DNA from: Yuukianura sp. NJ FZ-2021
Lineage: Eukaryota
Assembly: GCA_046563655.1 (NCBI GenBank)
Contig: CM102284.1
Location: 8,060,001 to 8,124,000, forward strand
Length of the DNA: 64,000 bases
Direction of reading: 5' to 3'
This document shows positions 39,814-51,443 of this stretch, one piece after another. The translations under genes were made by a program, and so were the position numbers. Within the stretch, counting starts at the first letter, position 1. Each line of letters starts with the position of its first letter. The notes beneath the pieces were generated by a model. It saw only the letters and a program-made list of their open reading frames with translations, was not told the DNA's origin and searched no databases.

Positions 39814-41902
39814 TCAGCTCTTACGCAAGTCAAGGACGAATACTGAACCGTCGGATGCTGAAGCTCCGACCTTGTCACCCCTCGAGTTCCAACAAACCTC
39901 GAAGATTCCGCCAGTTCCTTTGTAGCTGTGAACTAACTGCCCGCTCTGAAAACACAGCAAAACGTGATGAAAACGTCCAGAATTTATCGATGTCGTCAAT
40001 TTTACGGTTAACCTTACCTGTGTTGACCAGATGTGAACACATTTATCAAAACTTCCAGAAGCAAGCAGCATTCCATCTGGGCTGAAAGCTACTGAATATA
40101 CTGGTTCCGTGTGCTTTGTCAATTTGTGAATGCAGGTTCCTCGCTCAACGTCCCAGAGACGAACAGTGGAGTCAAAAGAGGCACTGGCCAAGATGAGGTT
40201 CATGTTCGGATTGGATGTGCTGGGGCCAGTTGGAGACCACTTGATTGTGTAGATTTCCTTGGAATGGGCCTGAAGATCATGAACACAAGTATCCTGGTTC
40301 ATGGACCAAATCTGTAGGAAACAAAACACTAAACTTTAGTACTCAAATCAGCTGTTTTTGAAAATAGATTTCTTAAAATTCCGTACCTTTAGAGTCATGT
40401 CATCCGAACAGGAAGCCAACAGTTTCCCTTGTGGATCCCATTTAATTGCATTCACCTCATTCTATAATCGTTAAGATGGATTTAATAAGATTCTAGGCTA
40501 GTATGCTCATCAATTTTTCATATGAATACTTACGGTGTGTCCTTGGAATGATTTGATAGGTTTGTCGACCCCCAACTTGCAAACATGAATGCACTGATCG
40601 GTGGAACAAGATGCAAAGGACGTGTTTGATTGCCAATCGACATCTAGGGCCGGTGCAGAATGGAATGCAAATTGTTGGGTACACTGACCGGAGCTGCGAA
40701 ACAAAACGAAAGAAACGGAATGGTCAATTATAAATGTTTATGTTTCATGTTCATGTCAACTGGACATTGTTAGGGTAAAAGTACTTACGATGCGTCCCAG
40801 ATTATAGTTGTTTTATCAACTCCAGCTGACAGAATGAAGTTTCCACGTTTGTTCCATTTGAGAGCAAAGATGGGCCCTTTGTGCTGTCCTAAAGTAGAAA
40901 CCAGTCGCCCTTCAGTGTTCCAGATTCGGGCGTATCCATCATATGATCCAGTGGCAAGCAAACTTCCGTCAACATTCCAGTCCAAGGACGTCACATCTTT
41001 GTTTGAAGGGACCTGGAAAAAGTTAGGCATAAGAAATTGTGGATGATAAACGGAGCCAAAGTGTTTCAGAGTAGAGTTACCTCTGTTCCGCCCTTCTGAA
41101 TGCAGTGCCGAAGTACTAGTTGATTCGGTGTGGTGGTTGAATTTGCACTGTCCATGTTCCAGATCCTAGCTGTCGAATCTCCTGATCTGGATAACAAACA
41201 GATTCATTAGTTAGTTTTTCTGTTCAGAACTAAGCAGCGACTTAGTTTAGTTTCCCCTACCCTGAAGCTAATAGATCTGTAGTAGGATTCCAGGCACAAA
41301 TGAATACCTCGGATTCATGGCCTCTTAGAACGGTAGCCTTTTTCGGAGGGATTTCAATTCCAGTATCCATTGGTTCCGCCGCAGTTTCTGGATTTCCGTC
41401 AGCTATTGCAAAACAAATCAGTGTTAAACGTTTTTGTGACGTTTTCGGACAATCGGTTAACTACTGATCATGACTTACGATAGTTGTGTTTCGGCTCCTC
41501 CTCTCTGTTATTGTTTTCGGCTGTGTCAGCCTTTAGCTTTTGTTCCTGTTGTTGGCGATTGGCTATGACATCAGGCATAACGGCATCAATCAAGGACAAG
41601 GAGTCAACACGTCGTTCTGTCCCATCCGCCGCAATAGAAACTTCCACTTCCGTGTACTGGAGGCCTTTCTGAATGATACTGAGGAGAGCTGCTGGAGGGA
41701 CCAAGGCTCCATTGATGTTGGACTGTGAAATATGCGACTCTATGCCAAACGTGTAAGCCGAATGCTGGAATCCTGTACAATAATGAATTGGCAACCAATT
41801 AGGTCTTCTATTAAACCTACGTCGACTTGAATTTATTGGCTTACCAGATTCCTGTAAGTATCGATACACTAGGAAGTTGACCTCGTCGCTTGTAAAACTC
41901 AT
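39814..41902 (-). CDS. ebi: LisH/F-box-like WD40 protein TBL1X/TBL1XR1 (Drosophila ebi orthologue)
   Basis: [61 protein letters not shown]40 repeats ([26 protein letters not shown]), C-terminus [13 protein letters not shown]. Multi-exon. Confidence 0.96.
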
Positions 41903-42836
41903 TGTAATCTCGTCCTAGTTGTGGTAATGCCTAAGGTCAATACGAATCCAAAACGTTATGAAACCGGGGATACTCCTAATCCCAATGTATTGTGCATTAG
42001 TATGTTATGTAAACATCGTATTCAATTTGAATATGTGTACCTTATTAAACTCCACTGAAGACTAACTGAGGCGTAACGGTAACCTTCAGGAATCAGTCAG
42101 CATTTCACAAAACGTCAGCAAATCAACAAGCCTACCGATGATGACGAATTGGAGTTCTCGTTCTCACAGTAGTACAGCAAATCTCTAAAGTACCGAACTT
42201 GTTGTTTTGAATAAACAGTACCGTTATACCGTGAATGAAGCTTGTCCACTATCAAGTTTTCCAGTTGCATGCAAATTTAATACAAACCGTCTACCGCCGA
42301 ACCACCGGTTCTTCTGGATAACGAAGGAGAAGATTCGTGCTAAATTGCTCAAATTCAAATCTATGAATGCGGGGATTGGCACACCCCCGGACGCTAAGAA
42401 CTCTATGAACTCTTCCGATACATTAAATATCTTTTTCGTTTTAATTGACTTTACTTTGTCCTGTTACTTTTGTTTACTCAAAGGCATACTTTTAAGTGGT
42501 GAAAATAAATGTCCATTTAGCGAAATTGGATTGATTAAGTAGTTAATTACTTTGAATGATTAACTTTTGCTTCTAATTTTCTCATTGAATTTAAATCTTT
42601 GAGAACACAAGAAAAGACTATCCGGCGTAGACTGCCGGGAGAGTCTATTGCGTATCTAAAGTTCATTCCCGCGGGGTGGTGGGAACGAGAGTGAAAGTGT
42701 CCCTCCGATTTCCACATGCTCAGCACATTCTTCCACTTGTTTTGATCTTTCATCAATTTAAATCAGTAAACTTTAATTAACTTCTTGTTTTTGGTGTCAA
42801 TGATTCACTTACACTATTAGACAGGAAGAATCCATC

Positions 42837-44167
42837 ATGGCTCGGACATATTTTGGTTCTCAGCCGGTGGGTGTAGATCTTCTGTCCAAGTTGACCCCAC
42901 GGCAGTCATCCTCAAACAATTTAATTCCCAAAACGAAAAGTTCCTTTTTTAGAATTATTTTGATTTACTTATTCTTCCCTGTCGTTTTTCCAGTTGTAAT
43001 TTACAGAATTATACGTAAATTTCGGGAGAGATTTGGCTTGAAACAGAGGCCACTTGAAGGAAAGGTAAGAAAAGCTAACAAATCAATCGATGAATCTAAT
43101 TACTAATTACTTTGGGTTTGGATGCTTGCAGGTTGTGCTGATCACAGGAGCTTCGTCTGGAATCGGGGAAGCTTTGGCTCATCGTTTATACCAATCGGGA
43201 TGTAAACTTATCCTGACATCTCGACGTGTCAAGGAACTGGAAAGAGTGAAGACTGAACTTGTCAAGACACAAACTGTAAGCAACGAAGCTAACGTTTTAA
43301 CTGTAATTGAAAGTACAACTAACTTCCATTTGTTTTTTAGTATGGTCCGGTTTACATCCCTGCCACATTGCAACTGGATCTGGAAGATTTGGGATCAATC
43401 AAGGATAAGAGTGCAGCTATTTTAGCAGTCTACGGTCACTGTGACATTTTAATCAACAATGCCGGAATTAGTTTTAGAGGAAATGTGCTCAACACGGAGA
43501 TTGAAGTGGACCAACGAATCATGACGATCAATTACTTCGGACCCTTGGCTCTTACCAAATGTAAGACTTGATTACATTGTCACTTTTTACCAGAAAACGA
43601 AAATTCTACGTTTTCGATACACTTACGATACGTTTACGTTGACATCTTGTAGGTATCGCGAAGTCCATGGTTCAGCGACGGAGCGGCCACATCATGTTCA
43701 TCAGCAGTGTCCAGGGAAAGATCGCCATTCCGCATCGGTACTTTTTCAGAATCTAAACTCTAAAACTCTTCGAAACAATTGCTAAAATCTACATCTCTTT
43801 TCTTTTTCCTGTCTTTAGATCTGCATACACAGCTTCCAAACATGCCACTCAAGCTTTAGCTGATTGTCTGAGAGCAGAGTTATCGTCTTCCGCTGTAGGA
43901 GTGACAGTCATCAGTCCAGGATATGTCCAGACCAATCTCTCTCGTCATGCCCTCACAGAAGGTGGAACTCAATACGGGAAAATGGACGAAACAACTGCCA
44001 GTGGATACAGTCCTGCCTACGTCGCAGAACGAACAGTCAAAGCCCTCATGAACAACGAAAAGGAAGTTACCATTGCAGGTCTTGTTCCTAGAGTTGTCAT
44101 TTTGCTTAGAAATATCGTTCCTTCCGTCTTTTTTGCACTCATGTCTAACCGAGCAGAAGCGAACTAA
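42837..44167 (+). CDS. DHRS7B: Short-chain dehydrogenase/reductase, DHRS7B-like, with N-terminal TM segment
   Basis: VVLITGASSGIG, LINNAG, SSVQGKIAIP, YTASKHA (YxxxK), VISPGYVQT across about five exons. Confidence 0.85.
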
Positions 44168-44387
44168 GAACCGTCAATACCAATTACCAAATATCAAAAA
44201 CACACTTAATAAAATCCGCGCTGCATTTAACAGATTCAGAGTGACCATTCAATTTAATGAATTCGGACAATACTCGTCAGTATATTTAGTTATGATATTA
44301 ATATAGCAATTTCCAGTTCTGCATTTTAGTCGTCCGCAAACCGCAATGATCGCATTTTTGGAATCAATACCGAATGATTCCTCAACC

Positions 44388-44456
44388 TCCCCTGCGCTGT
44401 ACAAAACATTAGCAGAACCCCGAAAATCCCCAAATCCCCGGGGAACAGCCAACACT
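44388..44456 (-). mobile_element. Relic end of the same hAT-like family as 56786-58111
   Basis: Reverse complement agtgttggctgttccccggggatttggggattttcggggttctgctaatgttttgtacagcgcagg matches the left end of the 56786 element. Confidence 0.75.
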
Positions 44457-44480
44457 TCTGAAAAACGTTTGAGATACGTT

Positions 44481-46396
44481 TCAGGAAACAATTGGGAGTA
44501 GTTCTTCTTTGTACTTTTTCTGTTTCTTTTGTTTCTTTCTTTTCTTGGGAGTGGTTGGTATTTCTTTGGTAAAGTGTACTAGAGGTGGACACTGATCTAG
44601 AGTAGTTGGATAGTCCTCGTCAATGATTAATGGACAAAGTTCGGAGACGGGGGTGAGCAGTGGCGGAGGAGGGGAGGAACAGCTCGACTGGGACGAAGAC
44701 AGGTCAAATGAATTGGATAAGGCAGAACCCCTCGTTCCACAATCATCCGCACCCATGCACAGTTTCCGCTTAGCTTGTTTCCGGGCCTTCCGAAGTGCTT
44801 TCTTTTCGGCCTTTGACTTCTCTGCTCCGGATATCGGATTCTCTGGATTTGGTTCCACCGTAGGTTTGGATGGTATTTGTATCACAACACCCTGTCCTGA
44901 GCTTCCATACGAAATTTTTATAGTCGGTGTCCTACTTGTCCCTTCAGATTTAGGTACCAGACTCAGCGATTTCCGAGGAATCAGAAGCGGAGGCAGTGCC
45001 GAAGATGTCGATTTTCCAACGTTGACTGTCACAGCTGACGATTTTCCAACGTTGACTGTCACGGCTGTCGATTTTCCAACGTTGACTCCAGCAGCATCGT
45101 CGCATATTGTGCTATGCGGCAGGGATGGTGAATGCTGTGGAATTGGAGCAGAACTGGTCGTCGTCAAAGGCGGCAGTGATTTGTAAACTAAGGCTGTACT
45201 GTCCTTACTTCCTTGTCGTCTTCGTTTAAAATCAAATACTTTCTTAGTAGTGATGCAACCCTCGTCTCGAAAACGAGCTGGAACAGTCGTATTTCGTTTC
45301 CTGGAATTATCCAGCACAGGATTCGGATCACGACGAGAGGACCGCCGGCCACCAGCTGATTCAGTTCCAGTCAGACTATCAATTTCTTCGATCTTTTCTT
45401 CTTGGGCGCTCTGTTTCTGCAACTGAAGTTTGCTTATACAAAGTCGAAGATTTTGTTTTTTCGTTTGTAGTAGATCCGGCGGAGGTTTGTCATCCGCTGA
45501 TTGATTGATTAGAATAGAACTGGGACCTTGATTGTTTTGAGAACTCTTCAGAATTAACCTTGATGTGTCCAAACCTTGTTCAAGATCCTTAATAGCATTA
45601 ATCTTTTCATCACTGTCTCCAACTTGTTCGTTCGTTGGAGGCGGAGGGACTGGTCGCTTCCAATAATTTTCAACTAATCCAGTCTTTGGTCCCGCAACAA
45701 AATATTTACAATCTTCCTCTTCCACTTCATTGATGTGGCCATTTTGGAGTGGCGGCTCTTTGAGGTTTTTGGGTGGATTCCTTTCATCGCAGTATGCTTT
45801 ACATTTGGAGCAGAGAACAGGCCTGTGGCGTAGGCGTAACGCTAATTTCCCATTTTTGTACCTGGCTGGTGGTTTGGTGGCTCTGTTGAATCTACGCAGT
45901 GGAGTTGGAGATGTGCTGTTAGGGCTAATATGAAAGTATGTATGACGTTGCTGGACTGGAGGTTGCTCGTTTTCATCTTCAAAGTCTGTAGAATTGGCTG
46001 GGATAGTTGAGCAGTAGTTCTTTGGAAAGGAAATCCCACAAGGAATTCCACGTCTGAAAATAAATGAGACATTACAAATCAACTCGAGGTTATAAAACGT
46101 ATATAAAACGCTATAAACGTTTGTAAAACGTAAATATAAGAAACTTGTAACAACCCGATCGGAGTAAAACCTGGCAAACGTTCTTACTCTCGATTCAGCT
46201 GGAGCAGAACCCCTTGATACAATGTTCCACTCGGATGCGTAAATGTGACGACAATTAGTCCCGATCCGAGGTCATCAACGTTGACTGGGATCGTAGAATT
46301 CTTTATAATGGTGGACATCGTAGGGTCGACGTTTATGGATTGTGGAGGTGATGAAGGCAGCAGTGAAGTCTCAGTCTCATCTGGTAAAGTGTCCAT
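44481..46396 (-). CDS. PWWP2A/2B-like nuclear protein, N-terminal conserved region; no PWWP domain seen
   Basis: Two exons (46396-~46189, ~46054-44481). IVVTF...YQGVLL, HTYF and LRLRHRPVLCSKCK resemble the PWWP2 N-terminal blocks; PTIKISYG motif; basic NLS-like tracts. Confidence 0.7.
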
Positions 46397-47106
46397 CGCA
46401 ATAACTGAGCCGGTGACCTTCGTTTTCTACAAAAACAACAGAAATATGTTAGTTTAAATAGATTTAATCCTTGCTGAATTTAATATTTTACGTTTTAAAG
46501 ATTATAATAAAAGTGTATAAATTAAGAATAGAAATGATTTCTTCTTGGAGATTACATTAAATTCCCATGTACATTAACCAGGAAGTCGTCCAAATCTGCA
46601 CTAAAATCCGTCCAATTACTTTAGTGCATGGTAATTTACCATTCGTAAATGAATACACTAGCGATAGTGTATTTAGCCCGTCTCCGTATTTGATACATTT
46701 CATGTTCGGAGACACAGTGAAAATCAAAGTGTTGACTCTTCGTATAATAATTCGCAGTAGAGAGGGGCTCCTCTTGCAATACATCTTAGCATTCATATCT
46801 CCCTTCCCGAGTCTAATGCCAAGAGCCGAATTATAAAATGTTGATTAATGATTAGTGAAACTGTGAAATTCACCTTTTGACCTTAAAGTCACTTCGATCT
46901 TCATGTCAACTCCAAAATCATGACGAAAGGATTACGATTGAGACTTATAAAATAAAACCGGAAAGAGGATTCGCTTTTTGGTTATTTTTTTCAAAACAAA
47001 AAAGGCTTCCAAAACATCGTATTGAAAAGTACTCGACCTCCCCCCTTAGTTTTCCTTCTGAATTAAATTTATTTTAAACTTAATTAGACTAAACTTACTT
47101 AAGACG

Positions 47107-47457
47107 TTAGTCCCGTTTTGAATGACTATTCTCATTACGCGTGTCTCGATAAGCTCTATAAGCGTATAAACTTATTATTGACCAAACGGTAATCGTAGAA
47201 GCGAAAACAGCGAGTAGCGTATCCCGATTCCAGGGAACTTCGGCTAAATATGATTTGCAGAGCCAAAGGACTCCATAATACGCTCCGATTGGGAATGTAA
47301 ACATACAGATGCTGGCCAAAAACAATTCGAATAAGATCATGCCCGAGGAATCCTCAGTTTGAGCAGCGTTTTTGTTGAATTTAACCTCCTGGTCTGTTAC
47401 AGGCTTGGATAAGCTTCGATTAGAATAGCCCACTTCATGGGAATCGAGGTCAGCCAT
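47107..47457 (-). CDS. VMA21: V-ATPase assembly factor VMA21
   Basis: 116 aa with two TM helices, MFTFPIGAYY, YAYRAY and a Lys at -3 (SKRD), like the ER-retrieval tail of the family. Confidence 0.85.
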   Translation of the reverse strand: MADLDSHEVGYSNRSLSKPVTDQEVKFNKNAAQTEDSSGMILFELFLASICMFTFPIGAYYGVLWLCKSYLAEVPWNRDTLLAVFASTITVWSIISLYAYRAYRDTRNENSHSKRD

Positions 47458-48249
47458 CTGACCTAAAATTAGTTACAATCATTTTTAATTATTCCAAACT
47501 CGGGGTAGAATGTACTAACAAACCGTTCAAAGTTTTGGTGCAAGCTAAGCTACTCAGTTCAGTATCTGGCTCTCCGAATTCCAGAGTATTCTGGAGGAAT
47601 CCGGAATCCGGGCGTTTTCAACATGATTTATCGAAAAGGTGTTTCAGCATTCTACTTCATACCGTTTGAATACCTAGAAATACAGTTTTTCAATTTATGA
47701 ATTAGAATTGATCATTGCCTGTCAATAAACTAAAAGTAGACTTACCAGGTCAGAGGTCAACAATGAATTAACAATTCCCCGTAATAATGTGCTGGTCGCC
47801 GGTCGTTTAACTGAAACAAAATAGGCAACAGCACGATTTCGCTTGAAGTAAACTTGGGCGGCCTGAATGTATCCACCCGACCCGTTCCAACTTTTTGCGA
47901 TGAAAAATTTGTAAAATTAGATCTGAAATTTCGAAAATTCGTGTTTCCACTTCGACTGCTTCTCTTTGTGAATTTCACATGAACGCCCCAATGAAACCCA
48001 CCAAAACGTGATCCCACCATTCGCGGCAACATTTGGGTGTAAGCTCGGATGGGTAGTTACAATTAGCAAGGTGCGAAATTTTGAACTGGTGAGTACAAGT
48101 GTGGCTTCCCAAGTTTAGTCCAACTCACTAGGTAAATAAAAATAAAAACCGAAATTAAAACCGAATTCGGAAAAGCTGTTCCTTATATTTTCTTTCGTTT
48201 GTCAGGTATCGCTTCGCTGGAGGGTGACCTTTACGAAAATACGGGTTTG

Positions 48250-51200
48250 ATGGGGATGAGTCGGGTGGGAGACGATGTGTCTCAGCCCTTGGAATTTTCC
48301 GGAAGAAGCTCCTCGGCTGGAGAAATTGATTCAGATAAGGTTGGGAAATCAACAGATCCAAAGGTCACTGCATCCAGTACAACAAGCACATCGGCTAAGA
48401 GATCTCCATCATGGGAAAAAGACCTGGTACGATTAATTTCATGTCCACGTTTGACTTAGTTAGTGTAAGTTTCACAAACACAATTGAAAATGACATTTTT
48501 CTTTAACTTTTCCAGACTCTGATGGATTTTCTAAAGGCAGAATTGACAAGAGGGTACAGCCTGGAGCTGGACGAAGAACGTCTTGCTGCAAGGAGAGAAA
48601 AGGTCATTTACCAGACTTTCACACCGTCTATTTCACATTTCGTTTCAATTCAATTACTTGTACTTTTCAATTACTTTGTTGGATATTCCAGGTCTATACG
48701 TTCATCAAAGTTCCTGGAGAGTTAGAGCGACTGATGGGATATGGATTCTTTCAGTGCGCTGATGCTTTCCTATTTGTTTTTACGTTTCTACCGGTGCGTG
48801 GAGTCATTGCTATTTATAAGTTCCTGTTAAAAGTTTGTCAAACTTTTTTACATCAAAAACTCACATTAAGGTCAGTTTCTAAAACATCTAAGTCGTGTAG
48901 AAGTTAATGACAACTGATCTGTCACAGATAATGGCCATGTCAATCGTTTTTTGTTACAGTGGCATTAAAAGTTCTGTTAAACCTGCGGACAAGTGTGACC
49001 TTCTGAAGTGTTTCATCCTGGGTATCTGTGTCTACTTCTTCTCTTTCATCGACTCTTCAGTCATTTACCATGTCATCAAGAGTCAATCAGTCATCAAGTT
49101 ATACATTTTCTTCAATATGCTGGAAGTGGGAGATAGGCTACTAGCCTCTTTTGTACAGGACACACTCGGTAAGTCAACAATACTGTCCAGTTTATAGAAT
49201 TAATCAAGTAATTAATTAATTTGACTAATTTTAATTGTAGATGCTCTGTTTCTCACTGCTACGGAGCTGCCTGAGAGAAAAAGTAGAATGGGAACATTAG
49301 CACATACAATTTTAGCGACGATTAGTGTTTTTGGTCATGCTGTGGTCATCTTACTCCAAGGAACGACCCTTAGCGTCGCAATTAATGCAAGTAATCGAGC
49401 TCTTCTGACAGTCATGATGTCAAATAACTTTGTGGAACTCAAAGGAGCAGTTTTCAAAAAGTTTGACAAAATAAATCTGTTTCAGGTGAGAGTCTAACAG
49501 ACTAATTGAAATTGAAAGTAATCGATTAATTGACTGTTTTGAATTTTCAGATTGCGTGTAGCGATGTGCGAGAGAGGTTTCACTTATCAGTGCTCCTTCT
49601 AATAGTTTCAATCCAGACGATGCGGGAGTATCAGTGGGAGGAGTCCAGATTCTGGATACTGTTTCCAGACTGCTTGATGGTCATGCTGGCAGAAGTTGGC
49701 GTTGATTGGCTCAAACACTGCTTCATCACACGGTTCAACGAAATTCCTCCAGAGGTAAACAGTACTTCCCACTGGCAGTACTTCCTACCGGAAATACTTT
49801 AAACTTGCAGTACTTTGAAGTGGCAGTACTTTCGTTTATGTGTGTTTTAGGTGTACAAGGAGTACACGTTGAGCATGGCCTATGACTTGGTCCAGACGAA
49901 GCAGCGTCGAGCATTTTCCGACCACTCTGACATGGTGGGACGACGACTCGGTTTTGTGCCTCTACCGTTGGCAGTTGTTTTGATCCGGATCATCCGACCT
50001 TCACTCAAAGGCATGTGGACTTCCAACATCATTCTAATCTTGATGGGATATGTCAGTGTAGCCACCTTCAGATTGCTCAATAGCATCATTCTGTTAGGTA
50101 AGGGCAAGAACACGGTGGCTTTGATTTAAATCAAGTTGATTAAATCATTGATTTAAATCAAGTTGATTAAATCATTGATTTAAATCAATTGATTTTTTTT
50201 TGGAAAAAGTCATTGATTAAAAATCAAGTACGCAATATGTCGCAAAAATTTGCTCGTTTTGAGCAAGTTTTTGTCTAATTTCCAGAATTTTTCCAAAAAT
50301 GTTGATTGAATCAAAAAATCATGATTCTTTGATGTTTTTGAAAAAAAAAAAGCAGCAACCCTGCTCCAGAATCAACATTGGAACTTTTTATAATTTTCTA
50401 TGTTTTTTATTAACTTAGGGAAAGCATGTGATCTCATCGACCATCATTGTCAGAAAGTATCTCCGCAGCATGTTCATCCTGCGGATCCGCCAGGAGGCAA
50501 AGTTCAAGAAACATCGGATGAAGTTTTAGCAAGATTCCGGAATGCCACTAGTCAACCCACTACTCGCTCACCATCTCCAACGCGTGACAATGCTGCCCCA
50601 TCCTCAGACGTTTTCCGTGACACGGCTAATGACGACCAACCACTGCGAGGATTCTTTCCAATAGCAAAAGCTCGAGCCAAAAAAGCCGAACTGTGTTCCG
50701 GAATGTTCCGATCCCACAGTGCCAGTCACACGCCGCGTCCCAGTATCGTCGGAGAAGCCGATCCGACACTGGGCGAACCGGTACCGGTACTCCCTAGCGA
50801 AAGTCCGTCACTCCTCATGGCCAACAGTACTGTCAGCATCTTATCAGTTTCACTCAATGAAGAAATGCTGCGAGCCAATTCCAGACATGCTTCGGGCGAC
50901 GACTCGGCAGAAACGAACAGGAAGGAGGGTGACATGTCGCCAAGCGGGAAACACGTTCGGAAACATTCGTTGGGAAGCAATGTGGTACGTGAATTTGCAT
51001 TTATGGGAGAAGACAAGAAGGAAGAAGGTGAGAACTTGTTGCCTAAAGATGTCGGTGACAACGATACCGACGGTGACGAAACTTTGGAAACAACGGTGCT
51101 GGAAGGTGCCCACGGTGTTTCAGATTTAGACGAAACTGTTGTCGCCGCAGAAGGAAGTGAAACCGTGGAAAACAAGGAAAATGTTGTGACAGACGAAGAA

Positions 51201-51275
51201 AAACTGAGCAGCACGGAGGAAGAGGGGGTCAAAAAGAAGAAAAAAGGACTCGGGTGGCTAGGAATTCACAAGTGA
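48250..51275 (+). CDS. TAPT1: TAPT1 homologue (DUF747 membrane protein)
   Basis: ELTRGYSLE, IYHVIKSQSVIKLYIFFNMLEVGDRL, SNNFVELKGAVFKKF, CSDVRERFHL, VDWLKHCFITRFN, SDHSDMVGRRLGFVPLPL. About eight exons. Confidence 0.95.
50111..50363. mobile_element. Degenerate hAT-like MITE with GATTTAAATC repeats in a TAPT1 intron
   Basis: Ends cacggtggc / gcaaccctg (imperfect inverted match); internal repeated palindromic gatttaaatc; TSD degenerate. Confidence 0.5.
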
Positions 51276-51443
51276 AGGAAATTCCCGCCAAAAACTGTTG
51301 GTTTTTGTTAATGTTAACCCAGTTGATACTTCCAAGTATAAAGTACTTGCAAGTACTTACAAGTATCAATCTCAAGTTAATTAAGAATGAATCGTTATAT
51401 TTTTGCTAATTCATTTTAAAAATGTTGACCGTTGACCTTGAGG

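Noticed and set aside
42207-42756. ORFs or a structured ncRNA between ebi and the SDR gene
   Set aside because: No recognisable protein or RNA-family motif; most likely promoter or 5' UTR. An Rfam search would settle it.
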